DNA of 64,000 nt from Mobula hypostoma (taxonomy: Eukaryota): NCBI RefSeq assembly GCF_963921235.1, contig NC_086097.1, positions 227,728,001 to 227,792,000 of the forward strand, in the 5' to 3' direction. The stretch's first letter is position 1. Each line of letters begins with the position of its first letter. Shown piece by piece: positions 40,231-52,740 of the stretch. The position numbers and the translations under genes were made by a program. A model generated the notes under the pieces. The model did no database searches and was not told the DNA's origin. It was given only the letters and a program-made list of their open reading frames with translations.

Positions 40231-40989
40231 CAAGATCAGCACTCTGACTCTGGTTGGATTAATACTTTACAGGGTGAGCAATCAGGAGAATGGTGTTTAA
40301 TTCCTGCAGCTGTTTGTAAGGAGTTAATTCCTTCTCCCTGTGATTGCCTGGGTTTCCTCTGGGTGCTCCGGTTTCCCCCCATATTTCAGAGATGTGTGAG
40401 TTATGGTCAGAAAGTTATAAGCAAGCTCTGTTGGTACTGGAGGCATGATGGCACTTGCGGGCTGCCCTCAGCATATGGAGTCAAGCAACACTATCACACA
40501 GAAACAGGCTCTTCGGCCCACCCGGTCTACGACCAACCATTAATCTGCCTACTCCCATCCTACTGCAGCTGGTCCATAGCCCTCCATACCCTTCCCATCC
40601 ATCTACCTATTGAAGTCAACCCCACATCCACCACTTGTGCTGGCAGCTTGATCAATGCTCACACCACTTTTGATTGAAGAAGTACCCCTCATGATCCCCT
40701 TAAACATTTCACCTTTCACCTTTAAAAAACATGTCCTCTAGTTCTAATCTCACCTGCCCTCAGTAGAAAAAAGCCTGTTTGCATTTGCCCTATCTATAAC
40801 CCTAATAATTTTGAAAAACAGGCAAACGTTTTGTCAGGTCCTGTGGAATTATCCACTGTAATTTGCCTGAAGACAGCAAACACCTCTTCTGTAATCAATC
40901 TTGGGTCCATGCCTCGCTTCTGCTTTGCTTCACATCAATGGACTCTGTGTCCATCTCCAAACTAAATACAGATGCAAAAAATCCAGTTA

Positions 40990-42648
40990 ATAGACAATAG
41001 ACAATAGGTGCAGGAGTAGGCCATTCGGCCCCTCAAGCCAGCACCACCATTCACTGTGATCATGGCTGATCATCCACAATCAGTCCCCTGTTCCTGCCTT
41101 CTCCTTATATCCCTTGACTCCGCTATCACTAAGAGCTCTATATAACTCTTTCTTGAAAGCATCCAGAGAATTGGCCTCTACTGCCTTCTGGGGCAGAGCA
41201 TTCCACAGATCCACAACTCTCTGGGTGAAAAAGTTTTTTCTCAACTCCGTTCTAAATGGCCTACCCCTTATTCTCAAACTGTGGCCTCTGGTTCTGGACT
41301 CCCCCCAACATCAGAAACATGTTTCCTGCCTCTAGTGTGTCCAGTCCCTTAATAATCTTATATGTTTCAATCAGATCCCCTCTCATCCTTCTAAATTCCA
41401 GTGTAAGATCTTCCCTATCTCTTTCAGCTCCCTACATAGATTACTACTCTGATTTTCCAGTGGAAGAATTTTTTCCCTTACTATTCTTACCAATTAATAT
41501 ATCTGTAGAAGCTGTTAGGATTCTCCTTCACCTTGTCTGCTAGAGCAACCTCATGTCTTCTTTTTGCCTTCCTGATTTCCCTCTTGAGTGTTCTCTTGCA
41601 TTTCTTAATCTCCTCAAGTACCTCATTTGTTTCTCTCTGCCTATATATGCTATGCATCTTCTTCTTTTTCTTAACCACGGCCTCAATATCTCTCAAAAAA
41701 TCAAGGTTATCCTTGCCTTCTATTCTGAAAGGAACATACAAATTCGGTACTCTCAAAATTTTGCTTTTAAAGGCCTCCTATTTATCGAGTACACCTTTGC
41801 CAGAAAACAACCTGACCCAATCCACACTTGTTAGATCCTTTCTGATACTATCCAATTTGGTCTTTCTCCATTGTAGAACATAGAACATAGAATAGTACGG
41901 CACAGTACAGGCCCTTCGGCCCACAATGTTGTGCCAACCCTCAAACCCTGCCTTCCATATAAGCCCCCACCTTAGATTCCTCCATATACCTGTCTAGTAG
42001 TCTCTTAAACTTCACTAGTGTATCTGCCTCCACCACTGACTCAGGCAGTGCATTCCACGCACCAACCACTCTCTGAGTAAAAAACCTTCCTCTAATATCC
42101 CCCTTGAACTTCCCACCCCTTACCTTAAAGCCATGTCCTCTTGTATTGAGCAGTGGTGCCCTGGGGAAGAGGCGCTGGCTATCCACTCTATCTATTCCTC
42201 TTATTATCTTGTACACCTCTGTCATGTCTCCTCTCATCCTCCTTCTCTCCAAAGAGTAAAACCCTAGCTCCCTTAATCTTTGATCATAATACATACTTTC
42301 TAAACCAGGCAGCACCCTGGTAAATCTCCTCTGTACCCTTTCCAGTGCTTCCACATCCTTCCTATAGTGAGGTGACCAGAACTGGACACAATACTCCAAG
42401 CAACAGGAATTCTGCAGATGCTGGAAATTCAAGCAACATACATCAAAGTTGCTGGTGAACGCAGCAGGCCAAGCAGCATCTATAGGAAGAGGCGCAGTCG
42501 ACGTTTCAGGCCGAGACCCTTCGTCAGGAGGGTCTCGGCCTGAAACGTCGACTGCGCCTCTTCCTACAATACTCCAAGTGTGGCCTAACCAGAGTCTTAT
42601 AGAGCTGCATCATTACATCGCGACTCTTAAACTCTATCCCTCGACTTA
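40990..42648 (-). mobile_element. Cluster of three CR1 pieces (40990-41403, 41404-41873, 41874-42648)
   Basis: FFTQRVVDLWNALP; KENPNSFYRYI; ORF 41941-42432; TAGACAA and TAGAACA tails. Confidence 0.9.
42401..42565. mobile_element. 165-bp PLE-derived fold-back insertion with 13-bp TSD
   Basis: TSD ACAATACTCCAAG at 42388-42400 and 42566-42578; the sister CR1 at ~33267 shows the empty site; perfect inverted arms 42483-42520 / 42529-42566. Confidence 0.92.
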
Positions 42649-42869
42649 TCACAACCCAATACTTGTTCAGAATCCAGTAAGAGACAATCTTATTGGTTGC
42701 ATACCAGCTACTTTGGAGGTTTTATAGAATGATGTCCTGCTTCAGAGACAAGATCCAAGACAGCTGGAGACCAGGCTCTGTTGCATGTGCATTAGGAAAT
42801 AAAGAAACGTAGAAATGAGTATAGAAACAAAAACAGTGAGCTTGCCTTTTCTTCAAACCTGTGCTTTTT

Positions 42870-43080
42870 CAAGCAACACACACACAGTGCTGGAGGAACT
42901 CAGCAGGCCAGGCAGAGTCTATGGAAAAGAGAACAGTCGACATTTTGGGCCGAGACCCTTCATCAGGACTGAAACGCTGACTGTATTTTTTCTGTAGATG
43001 CTACCTGGCCTGCTGAGTTCCTCCAGCAATGTGTGAATGTTACTTGGATTTCATGCATCTGCAGCTTTTCTCTTGTTTAT
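42870..43080. mobile_element. PLE-derived fold-back element
   Basis: TGCTGGAGGAACTCAGCAGGCCAGG ... CCTGGCCTGCTGAGTTCCTCCAGCA inverted around a hammerhead motif. Confidence 0.85.
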
Positions 43081-43256
43081 CCTATTTCATCTACTTTTTC
43101 CTGGACTTCTCACACTTGATCTTCTCCACCGACTATCTCCTCTCCTTTACTCCATTACTGAACTCTAAACTCCTCCTACAGTCCACCAGTTACCCTCCTA
43201 GCCTACAGTCCTTTTCACTGTGCTTGTCCTGTTTTTACCCGACTTACGGCTATATC

Positions 43257-44992
43257 TGTTACAAGGAGTGACTGGGGGCAAACCCAAGTGCAGGACACAG
43301 ACACGGAAGTAGGGTTGAGAGGTGCTTGCACAGTCACAAATGTGGAACAGATAACCAGGAGGAATCTTAACACGGAGCTCTAATATCGAGTCTTGACATG
43401 GAGATAGGGTTTTCATGGAATAACGAAACTAGAGTTGAACTTAGAACTAATGGTACTAAGTGGTCAGGAAATGAAGTTATCACAGTGGAATAGACCAAGA
43501 AACTAGTGACCTGTGGTTGTGACGCCAGAGTTCTTATCCTGCAGTCTCTGATGGAAATCAGGTGTACTGTAATTAAGTGAATTAGCAGCAATTGGGAATC
43601 TAACGACTGGAATTAAGGCATAATCAAGGAGATAGGAGTGAGATGTGTTGCAGGAGTGCTGGGAAAATGGGAGGTTTCAGAGGGATACCTTTAGTCGGGT
43701 AGGGAATGATATCGCGAAAGAATGTGGAGTATTTGATCTGAGGATAGGTCCTTCAGTAGTTTATCCGGTTGTAGCTCCATGGAAGCTTGTATGGCCTGAC
43801 ATAGACTGGCATTTGTTAGAGGTAAAAAGGAAAGAAAGATATAAAACAGATTTGGTAAATGCATTTAACTGTCATGTGATGGAAAAGTATAGTGATTATA
43901 CTCACATTTATACGGATGGTGCGAAGGAACCTGAAACAGGAGTGACAGGGTTTGGGGTGGTAATACCAGCAAAAGAAATTCAAATCAGCAGAAGAACATC
44001 TAATAAGTTAGGGGTGTTTACAGTGGAGATGCTGGCAGTGCTGGTTGCGTTGCAATGGGTGCAGAAAGCCAGACAAGCCAAAGCATTGATATGTTCAGAT
44101 TCATCCTCAGTTCTAGCAAGTTTAAGGTCTTTTCACACAAACAGCCGGCAAGATGTACTTTATGAAGTCCTTCAGTTAGTTACAAGAATTGCAAATCAGG
44201 GAGGTCAGGTAAAATTTCTATGGGTTCCAGCACATGTAGGGGTGAAGGGGAATGAGAGGGTGGATGAGTTGGCAAAGAGGGCGTTAAAGAAAGAAAATGT
44301 GGAAATACACATTAGTATCAGTAAAGCAGAGGTTAAGTGTGTAATCTGGGAAAAAGTCAACTGAATGTGGCAAGAAAGATGGGACAGGGAGGGGAAAGGG
44401 AGGCATTTATATCAAATACAAAAGAGTGTTGCAGTTACTAGGGTAGGTAATGGAAACAGAAGAGAGGAAATTGTGTGGACTAGGTTAAGGCTGGGGCACT
44501 GTGCATTAAACAAAACATTGAAAATGATAGGGAAACACCAGACAGGATTGTGTGAGGAATGTCAGGAAGAGGAGTCAGTAGAACATGTAGTTCTGAGTTG
44601 CAGGAAGTATGGGATACAGAGAGAGATGATGAGAAATAAATTAAGGGAGTTGGGGATGCAGGAATTCACATTAAAAGGGTTGCTGGGCATGGGTGAGAGA
44701 GCACGTCCAGGTATTTTTAGCGTTTTTAAGGGGTACAGGGGTTTTTTATAGAATATGATGAATAAACAGGAATAGGATACTAGGATGGTCAAAGATGGGA
44801 GGGTGAAGTGTAGGTTTGTATGTGTGTGTGTGTGCGCGATTGGGTGAAGGGATTTAGAATGTATGTCTGGTGCACGTTCCGGAGCAGAGGGTGGCGGTAA
44901 TGCACCATTAAGCTGGATGCCAACCGCCGTAAAACAAGATACAGACAGACAGACAGGAGTGAGATGGAGGACAGCCAGATGGGACCATGACA
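43257..44992. mobile_element. Solo LTR with nested LINE
   Basis: TGTTAC...ATGACA termini; 5-bp TSD ATATC at 43252-43256 and 44993-44997. Confidence 0.75.
43646..44951 (+). mobile_element. Nimb/I-clade LINE 3' fragment encoding RNase H and a Cys/His knuckle
   Basis: IYTDGAK, EMLAVL, CSDSSS, WVPAHVGVKGNERVDELAK, RLRLGH, CEEC...HVVLSC; (ACAG)n tail; TSD GA(T/C)AGGAGTGAGATG at 43631-43645 and 44952-44966. Confidence 0.9.
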
Positions 44993-45419
44993 ATATCTTC
45001 CTTGTATACCAGGTTTGCTTCCACTTGTCACCCACCAACTATCTCTTCCAATTCCAACCTACCAACACTCCCCATCTAATTCCTTCTGAACATCATCCTT
45101 GGTCCACCTATCACCTATCAACCTTTGTCTCACCTTTTCCTCTCTCTTCTTTATACTGGTAACTTTCCCATTTCTCTCTAAGACCTAATGCAAAGTCTTG
45201 ACCTAAAATGCTAGCAGCTCCTTTCCTCCCACAGATGCTGCTTGACTAGCTTAGCTTCCCCAGGATACATTTTTTTGCTGCAGATTCCAGCATCTACGGT
45301 CTCTTATATCTTTTGGGACATTCTTTTCCAAATATTCACATTCCTGTGAGCTTAATTTTACCTCTGCAACATTACTTCCTCTGTCCTGAATATCACTGAA
45401 ACATTTGTTAACATTTTGA

Positions 45420-47062
45420 CATCTTGAACTCAACTTAAGAAGCTTAAAATAAAGGAACTTTTATGATCACTGCCTCCTAACATGATAGAATTTGCCATGC
45501 AGTTTAAGAGGGAGAAGCTAAAATTAAAAGTATCAGTATTACAGTGGAGTAAAGGGAACTTCAGGAGCATGAGAAAGAAGCTGGCCAAAGTTGTTTGCAA
45601 GAGTATACAAGCAGGGATAATGACAGATCAGCAATGGCTGGAACTTCTGGACAAATTTAGAAAGTGCAGAGTAGATTCATCACAAAGAAGTATTCTGAAG
45701 GGAGGATGAGACAACCATAGCTGACAAGGGAAGTCAAAGATAGTATTAATGAAAAAGAGAGGGCATGTAATATAGCAAAAATTACTGGGAAGCTTTTAAA
45801 AACTGTCAGAAGACAACAAAAAAGCAAAAAGGAGAGAAAAGGTGAAATATGAAGGTAAACTAGTCAATAATATAAACGATATTATACACCAGTGGTATTT
45901 TTCAGATTATATAAAGAGTAAAAGAGAGGTGAGAGTGGATATCAGATTGCTGGATGCTATGATGCTAGGGAGATAGTAATGGGGGTCTGAGAAATGGCAG
46001 AACAACTCAATAACTATTTTCCATCAGTCTCCACTGTGTGTGCCAGAAACCTGAGAGTTTCAGGTGAGTGTAGCTGCCATTGCTAAGGAGAAAGTGGCTG
46101 TGAAGCTGAAAGGTCTGGAAGTAGATAAGTCACCTGGATCTGAAAGACTACACCCCAAAGTTCCCAGAGAGGTCACTGAAAAGATTGTGAAGGCATTACA
46201 AATGATTTTTCAAGAATCACTTTATTCTGGAATGGCTCCTTGTCTGGAAAATTGCAGATGACACACCACTCTTTAAGAAGGGTGGGAGGAAAAAAAAAAG
46301 GAAATTATAGGGTATGCAACACACACAAAATGCTGCAGGAACTCAGCAGGCCAGGCAGGATCTATGGAATAAAGTACAGTCAACATTTCAGGACGAATCC
46401 CTTCAGCAGAACTGGAGAAAAGAATAACAATTTCTCCAGTCCTGCGGAAGGGTCTTGGCCCGAAACATCAGCTGTACTTTTTCTCCATGGATGTTGCCTG
46501 GCCTGCTGAGTTTATCCAGCATTCTGTGTGTTGATTGGATTTCCAGCATCTGTAGATTTTCTTCTGTTTGTGATTTAATTATAGGCCAGTTAGCCTGACT
46601 TTAGTGGTTGGCAAGGTGTTGGAGTCCATTATTAAGGATGGGGTTTTGGGGCACTTGGAGGCACATGATAAAAGTCAGTTTGGTTTGACAAACTGTTGGA
46701 ATTCTTCGAGGAAATAGCAGGCAGATAGACAAAGGAGAGTCAGTCGATGTTGTTTATTTATATTTTCAGAAGGCCTTTGACAAGGTGCCACGCATGAAAA
46801 TGCTATAAAGGGAAAGAGCTCATGGTATTACAGCAAAGGTACTAGCATGGATAGAAGATTGAATGGCAGGAAGGAGGAAAGAATGGGAATATAGGGGGCC
46901 TTTTCTGGTTGGCTGTTGGTAACTAATGGTGTTTCCAGAGGTTGGTTTTGGGACAGCTTCTTTTCATGTCAATGATTTGGATAAAGGAATTGCGGATGAT
47001 ACAAAGATAGGTGGAGAGGCCGGTAGTGTTGAGGAAGCAGGGGTCTGCAGAAGGAGCTAGAT
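45420..47062 (+). mobile_element. Degenerate CR1 ORF2, 5' half, ending at the Charlie insertion
   Basis: DKSPG...LHPKV; FQKAFDKVP; ADDTKIGG; ends SLQK.LD. Confidence 0.85.
46312..46576. mobile_element. PLE-derived fold-back insertion with 9-bp TSD
   Basis: TSD AATTATAGG at 46303-46311 and 46577-46585; imperfect inverted arms, each with a degenerate hammerhead. Confidence 0.85.
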
Positions 47063-48513
47063 CAGTGATTCCCAAAATGGATTGATATTGTTCCACCTGG
47101 GGGCAGTATGAGTTTCTAAGGGGCAATAAAGATAAAGGGGGCATGGGGGGGGTCTCAGAATCAAGGGGGACAGCTGAGGGATTACAGGCTTAGTTTAAGA
47201 AATTCATTTCTTATTATAAGCATTTGATCCTCAGTGCCTCATGGTTGATTACAATGATCACATGAACACCACATCTCTTGCTAACCCACCATTCTCTTAA
47301 ACTTTGCTCAAAGTGTGTTATAATTGTTGAAAAGCAATATGATACTTTTTTGTGATGTGTTTGGCATATCATGAGAAATATGGACTGAAGAAATTGTGTT
47401 ATTTCTTGGCCTGGCCCATGCATTATTGCATTCACTACTGTAGTACAGTGTTAGCTAACTCCCATACTCTAATCACACAGTGATGCATTTCCTGTGAATT
47501 ATGGTATGACATTCATTGGGGTAAAGTTCAGAACTTGCCCCTTAGAATGGTCTTGACTGCATTTCTCTAGCCCACGGCCCAGCCAAGATATCACTGCCCC
47601 ACTTTGTGTACCTTGAGGCAAAGAGTCAGGTTTTGCCTGAGCTATCATGACATCATAACTTTCCCTTTTATTGATTGCAGCGCTTGAGTTTGGACTTAAT
47701 AGACAATTGACCGCAGTTATTAATCTACATCAAAAATGGCAGAAGCAGACTAAATGAAAAAGTGATGTGGACAATATAGTGTGGAGTATCTCAAATATGG
47801 ATTTATACCAGCAACAAGCAACCAATATGTCTGTTGTGTGAAAACATTTTCAAATGAGGCAATTGAAACTGTCTAGGGTCCTTGAACATTAGAAGAGAAT
47901 ACACTCTGATAAGGCAAAAAAAAACTTCTGGCTTACTTTCAGAAACATTGTGAAAACTCTCAGAAATGGAAAAACTTCAAAACGTGTTTGCCAGTAGCTC
48001 ACAACAAAACAGTGATGGTTTGTGTGCTTCATACAACATTTCACTGCTCATTGCTAAATCTGGAAAGCCCCATACAATTAGAGAAGAACTGATTCTTCCA
48101 GCAGTAAGAGAGGTTCTGAGTACAGATTTGCGTAAGTCACCAGACCAAATAATTAAAGCTATTCTTACTAGCAACCACTCTGTTCAAATGTGAATCGATG
48201 AAATGTCTGAAAATGTGGAAGGCACATTGCACAACATATTGTACTTAGGACAATGGAATTTGCTCTGCAATTGAATGAGTCAACTTTGCCAGGAAAGAAC
48301 TCTTTGCTTCTTGGTTATGTTCACTTCATAAATGATGAAAGCATGGTTCAAGAGTTGTAATTTGCAAGGGGACTAGAAAAGGATATGAAGCGGGAGTCAA
48401 TATTTTGTGTTGTTGAGCAACTTTTCAAAGAGAAGGACCTCTTCCAATTTCCAAGCCTCTCTGAGTTGGAAGAAAAAAAGAATACCAGATGATGATCTTC
48501 AAGCATCCTGTGC
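47063..48513 (+). mobile_element. Charlie/Buster-type hAT transposon, 5' half (internally deleted)
   Basis: TIR CAGTGATTCCCAAA; QYSVEYLKYGFI; ASYNISLLIAKSGKPHTI.EELILPA; FALQLNESTL; ends RIPDDDLQA.CA. Confidence 0.88.
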
Positions 48514-48850
48514 TGTTGTAGTAAGTGCCCAACTTAACTGTTCAACAAAAGCCACCCCCGCTTGGGAGGCAGGGACTGGCCTATGTAACCCCTTCCACTA
48601 GCTCCCATTTAGCTGACGATGTCATAGTGCTGATGATGTTTGAATCTAGTATAGAGTAAACATGTGGTTCCTTTTTTTCACTTTCGCATCACCATGGACT
48701 AGGTAGACGAGAGTGCTGCAGAAACCATAGACACTGTGGATGTGCTGCAGTGAAGGGGGCCTGGGAGTATACTCTAGATAAGTATTTACCACTGGGTGTA
48801 TGTTCAGTGTCTGTTTTGTCTTGTAAATAAATATCTAATTTATTTACCGG
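48514..48850 (+). mobile_element. LTR-A, 5' portion (remainder at ~31985-32021, minus)
   Basis: Begins TGTTG exactly where the Charlie ORF breaks; AATAAA at ~48825; interrupted by LTR-B. Confidence 0.55.
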
Positions 48851-49225
48851 TGTCATAACCATGGACTCGGCTGAAGGATTTGCATACCCTCGCAGGCGGG
48901 CTGTGGAATGGGTTGGGCAATCATACTCTTAAGTTTGTCGGCTCCAGCTAATTAGTGTTTTATTGTGGTGGTATTTAACTTGCTTCCTCCTGTTCAGTCT
49001 TGTTGAGACTTGACCAAAACCAGAGCAATGTCAACATTCTCTGCTTACCATTGGCTGGCTTCTGGGTACGAAGGCTACCATTTAGCCTGACACCGTTAAG
49101 GAGTGGTATCTGTTCAGTATGAAGCTAGTGTGGCAGAACAGCTGTATCAGCGTTAGCTTTAGTTTGACAGTTCTAGTTAACAGCCCTTTTGGCCTAGTGC
49201 TTATTGTTTCTCCCCCTTATTGTTG
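48851..49225 (+). mobile_element. Gypsy 5' LTR (LTR-B), truncated
   Basis: Colinear with the reverse complement of 32484 to ~32105 (GCAGGCGG, GTGGTGGTATTTAACT, TTTAGCCTGACAC, GTTAAGGAG, CAGTTCTAGTT). Confidence 0.8.
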
Positions 49226-52200
49226 CTTGACCTAGCAACATTAAGGAAATGGCAATATATTTCCATATCAGTGATCTGTGGAATTTGTAGCAGGTGGTTT
49301 TGTACATATTGCTGGCGATTTTCATCAAGGTCATGGATTTGAGTGCTGTTCGAAAGAACCTCAATGAGCTGCTGCAAACTCTTGCTGAAAGATGGAGCAG
49401 ACAAAGTGTGTTGCTGAAGGTGGAGGTGCACAGCCAATTCTGGGACTTCTATTAACTGAATTGCTTTGCCATGGTTGCTGTTGTTGAGTGTTGAAGGAGC
49501 TAGATCAGTTTCCATTTTTGCAAGTATGTACTCTGCTGGTATCTTCTCAAACTTTGAGGTTGGAGTTGAAAGCAATAGCTAATTTCCAATTTCAAAACCT
49601 ATTTTAGACTGATCTTTATAAATTCATATGAGAATGCTAGAATGGATTTAACCTTCATCATCTTTCCCATTCCAAAAGGCCCTACGGTTAGATCTCCATA
49701 TTATAGATTACATCCTCCCCTGTTCCTGCGAATCATGGGACTTGTTTTTTTCCCTCCTCAGATTAAATGAAAGATTTGCCATCTGAGATTTGCCCACTGG
49801 TTAGAATATAATCAGCTCCGTTGATTTAAATGCAGCAATGACAGAATTTAATAAAGTGCTGGGACGTTAATTGATTTGGGACCTAACCTGCTATTCTCAG
49901 ATGTTTCATAAGGTTACAGACTTTACATCATCTGATGAAGATTTTTAAAACATCGCTGTAGAAAATTTAGACTTGTGCTTATTTTAGAACATTGAGATGG
50001 CTAAATGAAAAAAAATGTACTAATGGGTATTAGTTGTGCCTGGTGCTGTCATGATCAAACAAAATGCTATTATTTAGTCTAAAGCATAGTTCATGATGAC
50101 ATAAGGGCAAGTCCAGAGGTCAAAACATTTAGGAGTTCAAAGTCGTCTGTTTTACCCAAACCTGTTACATTTAACATGAATCATAATTATTGTTATACTG
50201 TGGCCCTGTGTATAATTCTTTTAAAGAAATCTCTCTGGTTAGTAGTTGAAATAATCAATGCCTATTGTTCCATAGTCACAGTACATAGAGCATAGAGCGT
50301 AGAAATCTACAGCACAATACAGGCCCTTCAGACCACAATGTTGAGCCGACTATGTAAGCTTCTCTGGAAACTGCCCAGAATTTCCCTAACACAAAGCCTC
50401 TATTTTTCAAAGCTCTAAGAATCTCTTAAAAGACTCTATTTGCAGATACACAGTAAGGATGCTGTTTCATAGATTTACTTCTAATTCACTGAAATATTAT
50501 TTCAACAAATAGTATTGAACATATCTTGTTCTAAATGTAGCATAATTTTCCTGAATATTGCAGACTGGTATTGATATATCAGCAGTAGAGAATTCCAGGA
50601 ATTAGTGGACAGATTACTTAGAAATTATCAAAAATTCCATGGAACTCATGCCAATGCAACAATGCTGTCCTCAAAATGGCGAGAAGCTTGGTTTTCTGCT
50701 GCATTCAGTGAAGACCACAGCATTTCTGGATTTACACTGCAACTGCACCGTCTAACAAATGGTGGTGCAGGCAACTGTTATGATTTATGGCTCTCATACA
50801 AACCTTGTCTGGGAAGGTGAAAAAGTGGCATTCAAGATGTGAAACCTAATACCTTCAGTCTGGAAATTGTTCTCAGATGGACTTTTAGGATTTTCTTTCA
50901 CTTTTTGCTTTCCCATCTAACGGTCTTTTGAAGTAATACGTTCAGCTCACCTAATGCACACTGTACATTCAGAAGGTGAAAGGACTGGACATTACCCTGG
51001 TCACAATTTTATTGAGCAATAGGGAAGACAGGGAGCAAGAAAGATACATACATGTCCATTACTCTGTTAAGCTGTTTCAATAATACAGTATTTGATGTTG
51101 TGAACAATGAAATAACCTGAAGAAATAAAATGATAACAATTGCAAAGACAGTGATAAAATAACAATCAAATAAGCACAAGAGATTCAGCAGATGAATATG
51201 TTGGTCTTATTTTCCCATTTCATTGTTGAATGGTGTTTCGCAAAATGGATAGTGTGGAACACATTGCTTGATCCGATATAACCTTATTCTTGCTCTGTGT
51301 AACAGGTAATTATATTCCTGATGTCAGCAATTAGTCTGTAATTGTGTGTCACCTTGTAATGTGAGAAGATCAGGTCATCGTACGTTTGAGATCCATTTTC
51401 AGCCATCTAAAGAATAACAACATTTTAACTTTATGGGCAGACTGTCACAGTCGAACTGATTTCAATTTGGGTATTAATTGTACATCCATTTACACAACAT
51501 AATAATCAGGTTGCATTTCATTGTTCTAGACCTTCAAAAATTTAGCATAATTATTTGGTCTAATTATAACAGCATGGTTGATTGGGATCTTTGCAATTAC
51601 TACTCTATGTGTGATAGGATAAAAAATTTATATCAGTGTGCAAATATAAATTTAAAGCAGGTTAGCCTTGAACAGATACATCAATAATTCACAAGTAGAT
51701 CCAGTAAAGGACAGTATAATATAATTGTTTGAACATGAATTATTCTGCTTTGAAAGCAGCATACATGGGTATAAGGATGCATTCCTGGGAACAAAAGTGC
51801 TAATTGACTGAGCTCTTACAGTGGTTGTTATGTACTGTGTGCTCATTGGCTGACTGCCAATAAAAAGATGTACTCTCTTGTTGACCAAGTGAGTATGAAC
51901 TGTTTTCAGCACACTGTCAGAAGATGTCCGTAAACTGGTAAATTGGTAAATTCTGACATTTCCCCTTTTATTTTCCTTAATAGTACTTTTTGAAAAAGAT
52001 ATTTTTCATCTGAGCCAAGGAAGTCCTCCCCACCTTATCAATGCCCAAATTAGCTCAAAATGTATAGAAATATATATTATCAAAGTATGTACACTATATA
52101 CAACCTTGAGATCCATCTTCTTCCAAGCAACCACAAAACAAAGAAACACAACAGAATCTACAAAAAGGTACACATGGCAGAGACCAACAACTTATGTACA

Positions 52201-52279
52201 ACCCATGCATATGAACGAGCATTTGAAAGGCTGTCAGGATGTATTTGCTAGCTGCTGCAGGCAGGCATCCTCTGCCATA

Positions 52280-52740
52280 TGGGAACCCAGCCTGTGGCTG
52301 TGTTCCTGATTTGTGAGCCGTCTGGATAATGAACGCTACTATAATTCCATCACCATGATGGGCATTAGGCTCCCCACCATCAATGGCATCAACAGAAGAT
52401 GATGCATCATAAAGGTGGCATCCATCACTAAGAACCACCATCAACCAGAACATGCCTTCTTCTCATTACTGCCATCAGAGAGGAATACAGGAACCTGAAG
52501 AAACACACTCAATAGTTTAAGAACAATTTCTTTCATTCTGCCATCATATTTTTGAAGGGACAATGAATCCATGAACCTTCACTTTTTTGCTCTCTTTTGC
52601 ACTACTTATTCATTTTTTATGTATTTCTTATTGTAATTTATAGTATATTTTATATATTGCCCTGTACTTCTGCTGCAAGACAACAAATTTCACCACATAT
52701 TCCAGTGATAATAAACCTGATTCTCATTCCGATTCTAATT
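52280..52740 (+). mobile_element. Rex1/Babar 3' fragment
   Basis: KNHHQPEHAFFSLLPSERKYRNL; AATAAA followed by a (TGATTC)n-like tail. Confidence 0.65.

Noticed and set aside
43645..44364. Cellular RNase H1 gene
   Set aside because: Part of a LINE fragment with a simple-repeat tail and TSD
47737..48513. SCAND3/ZBED5-like host gene
   Set aside because: Heavily disrupted and bounded by a TIR and TSD; a transposon fossil
49201..49575. 124-aa minus-strand ORF as an exon
   Set aside because: No recognisable motif or clear splice sites; its end overlaps LTR-B
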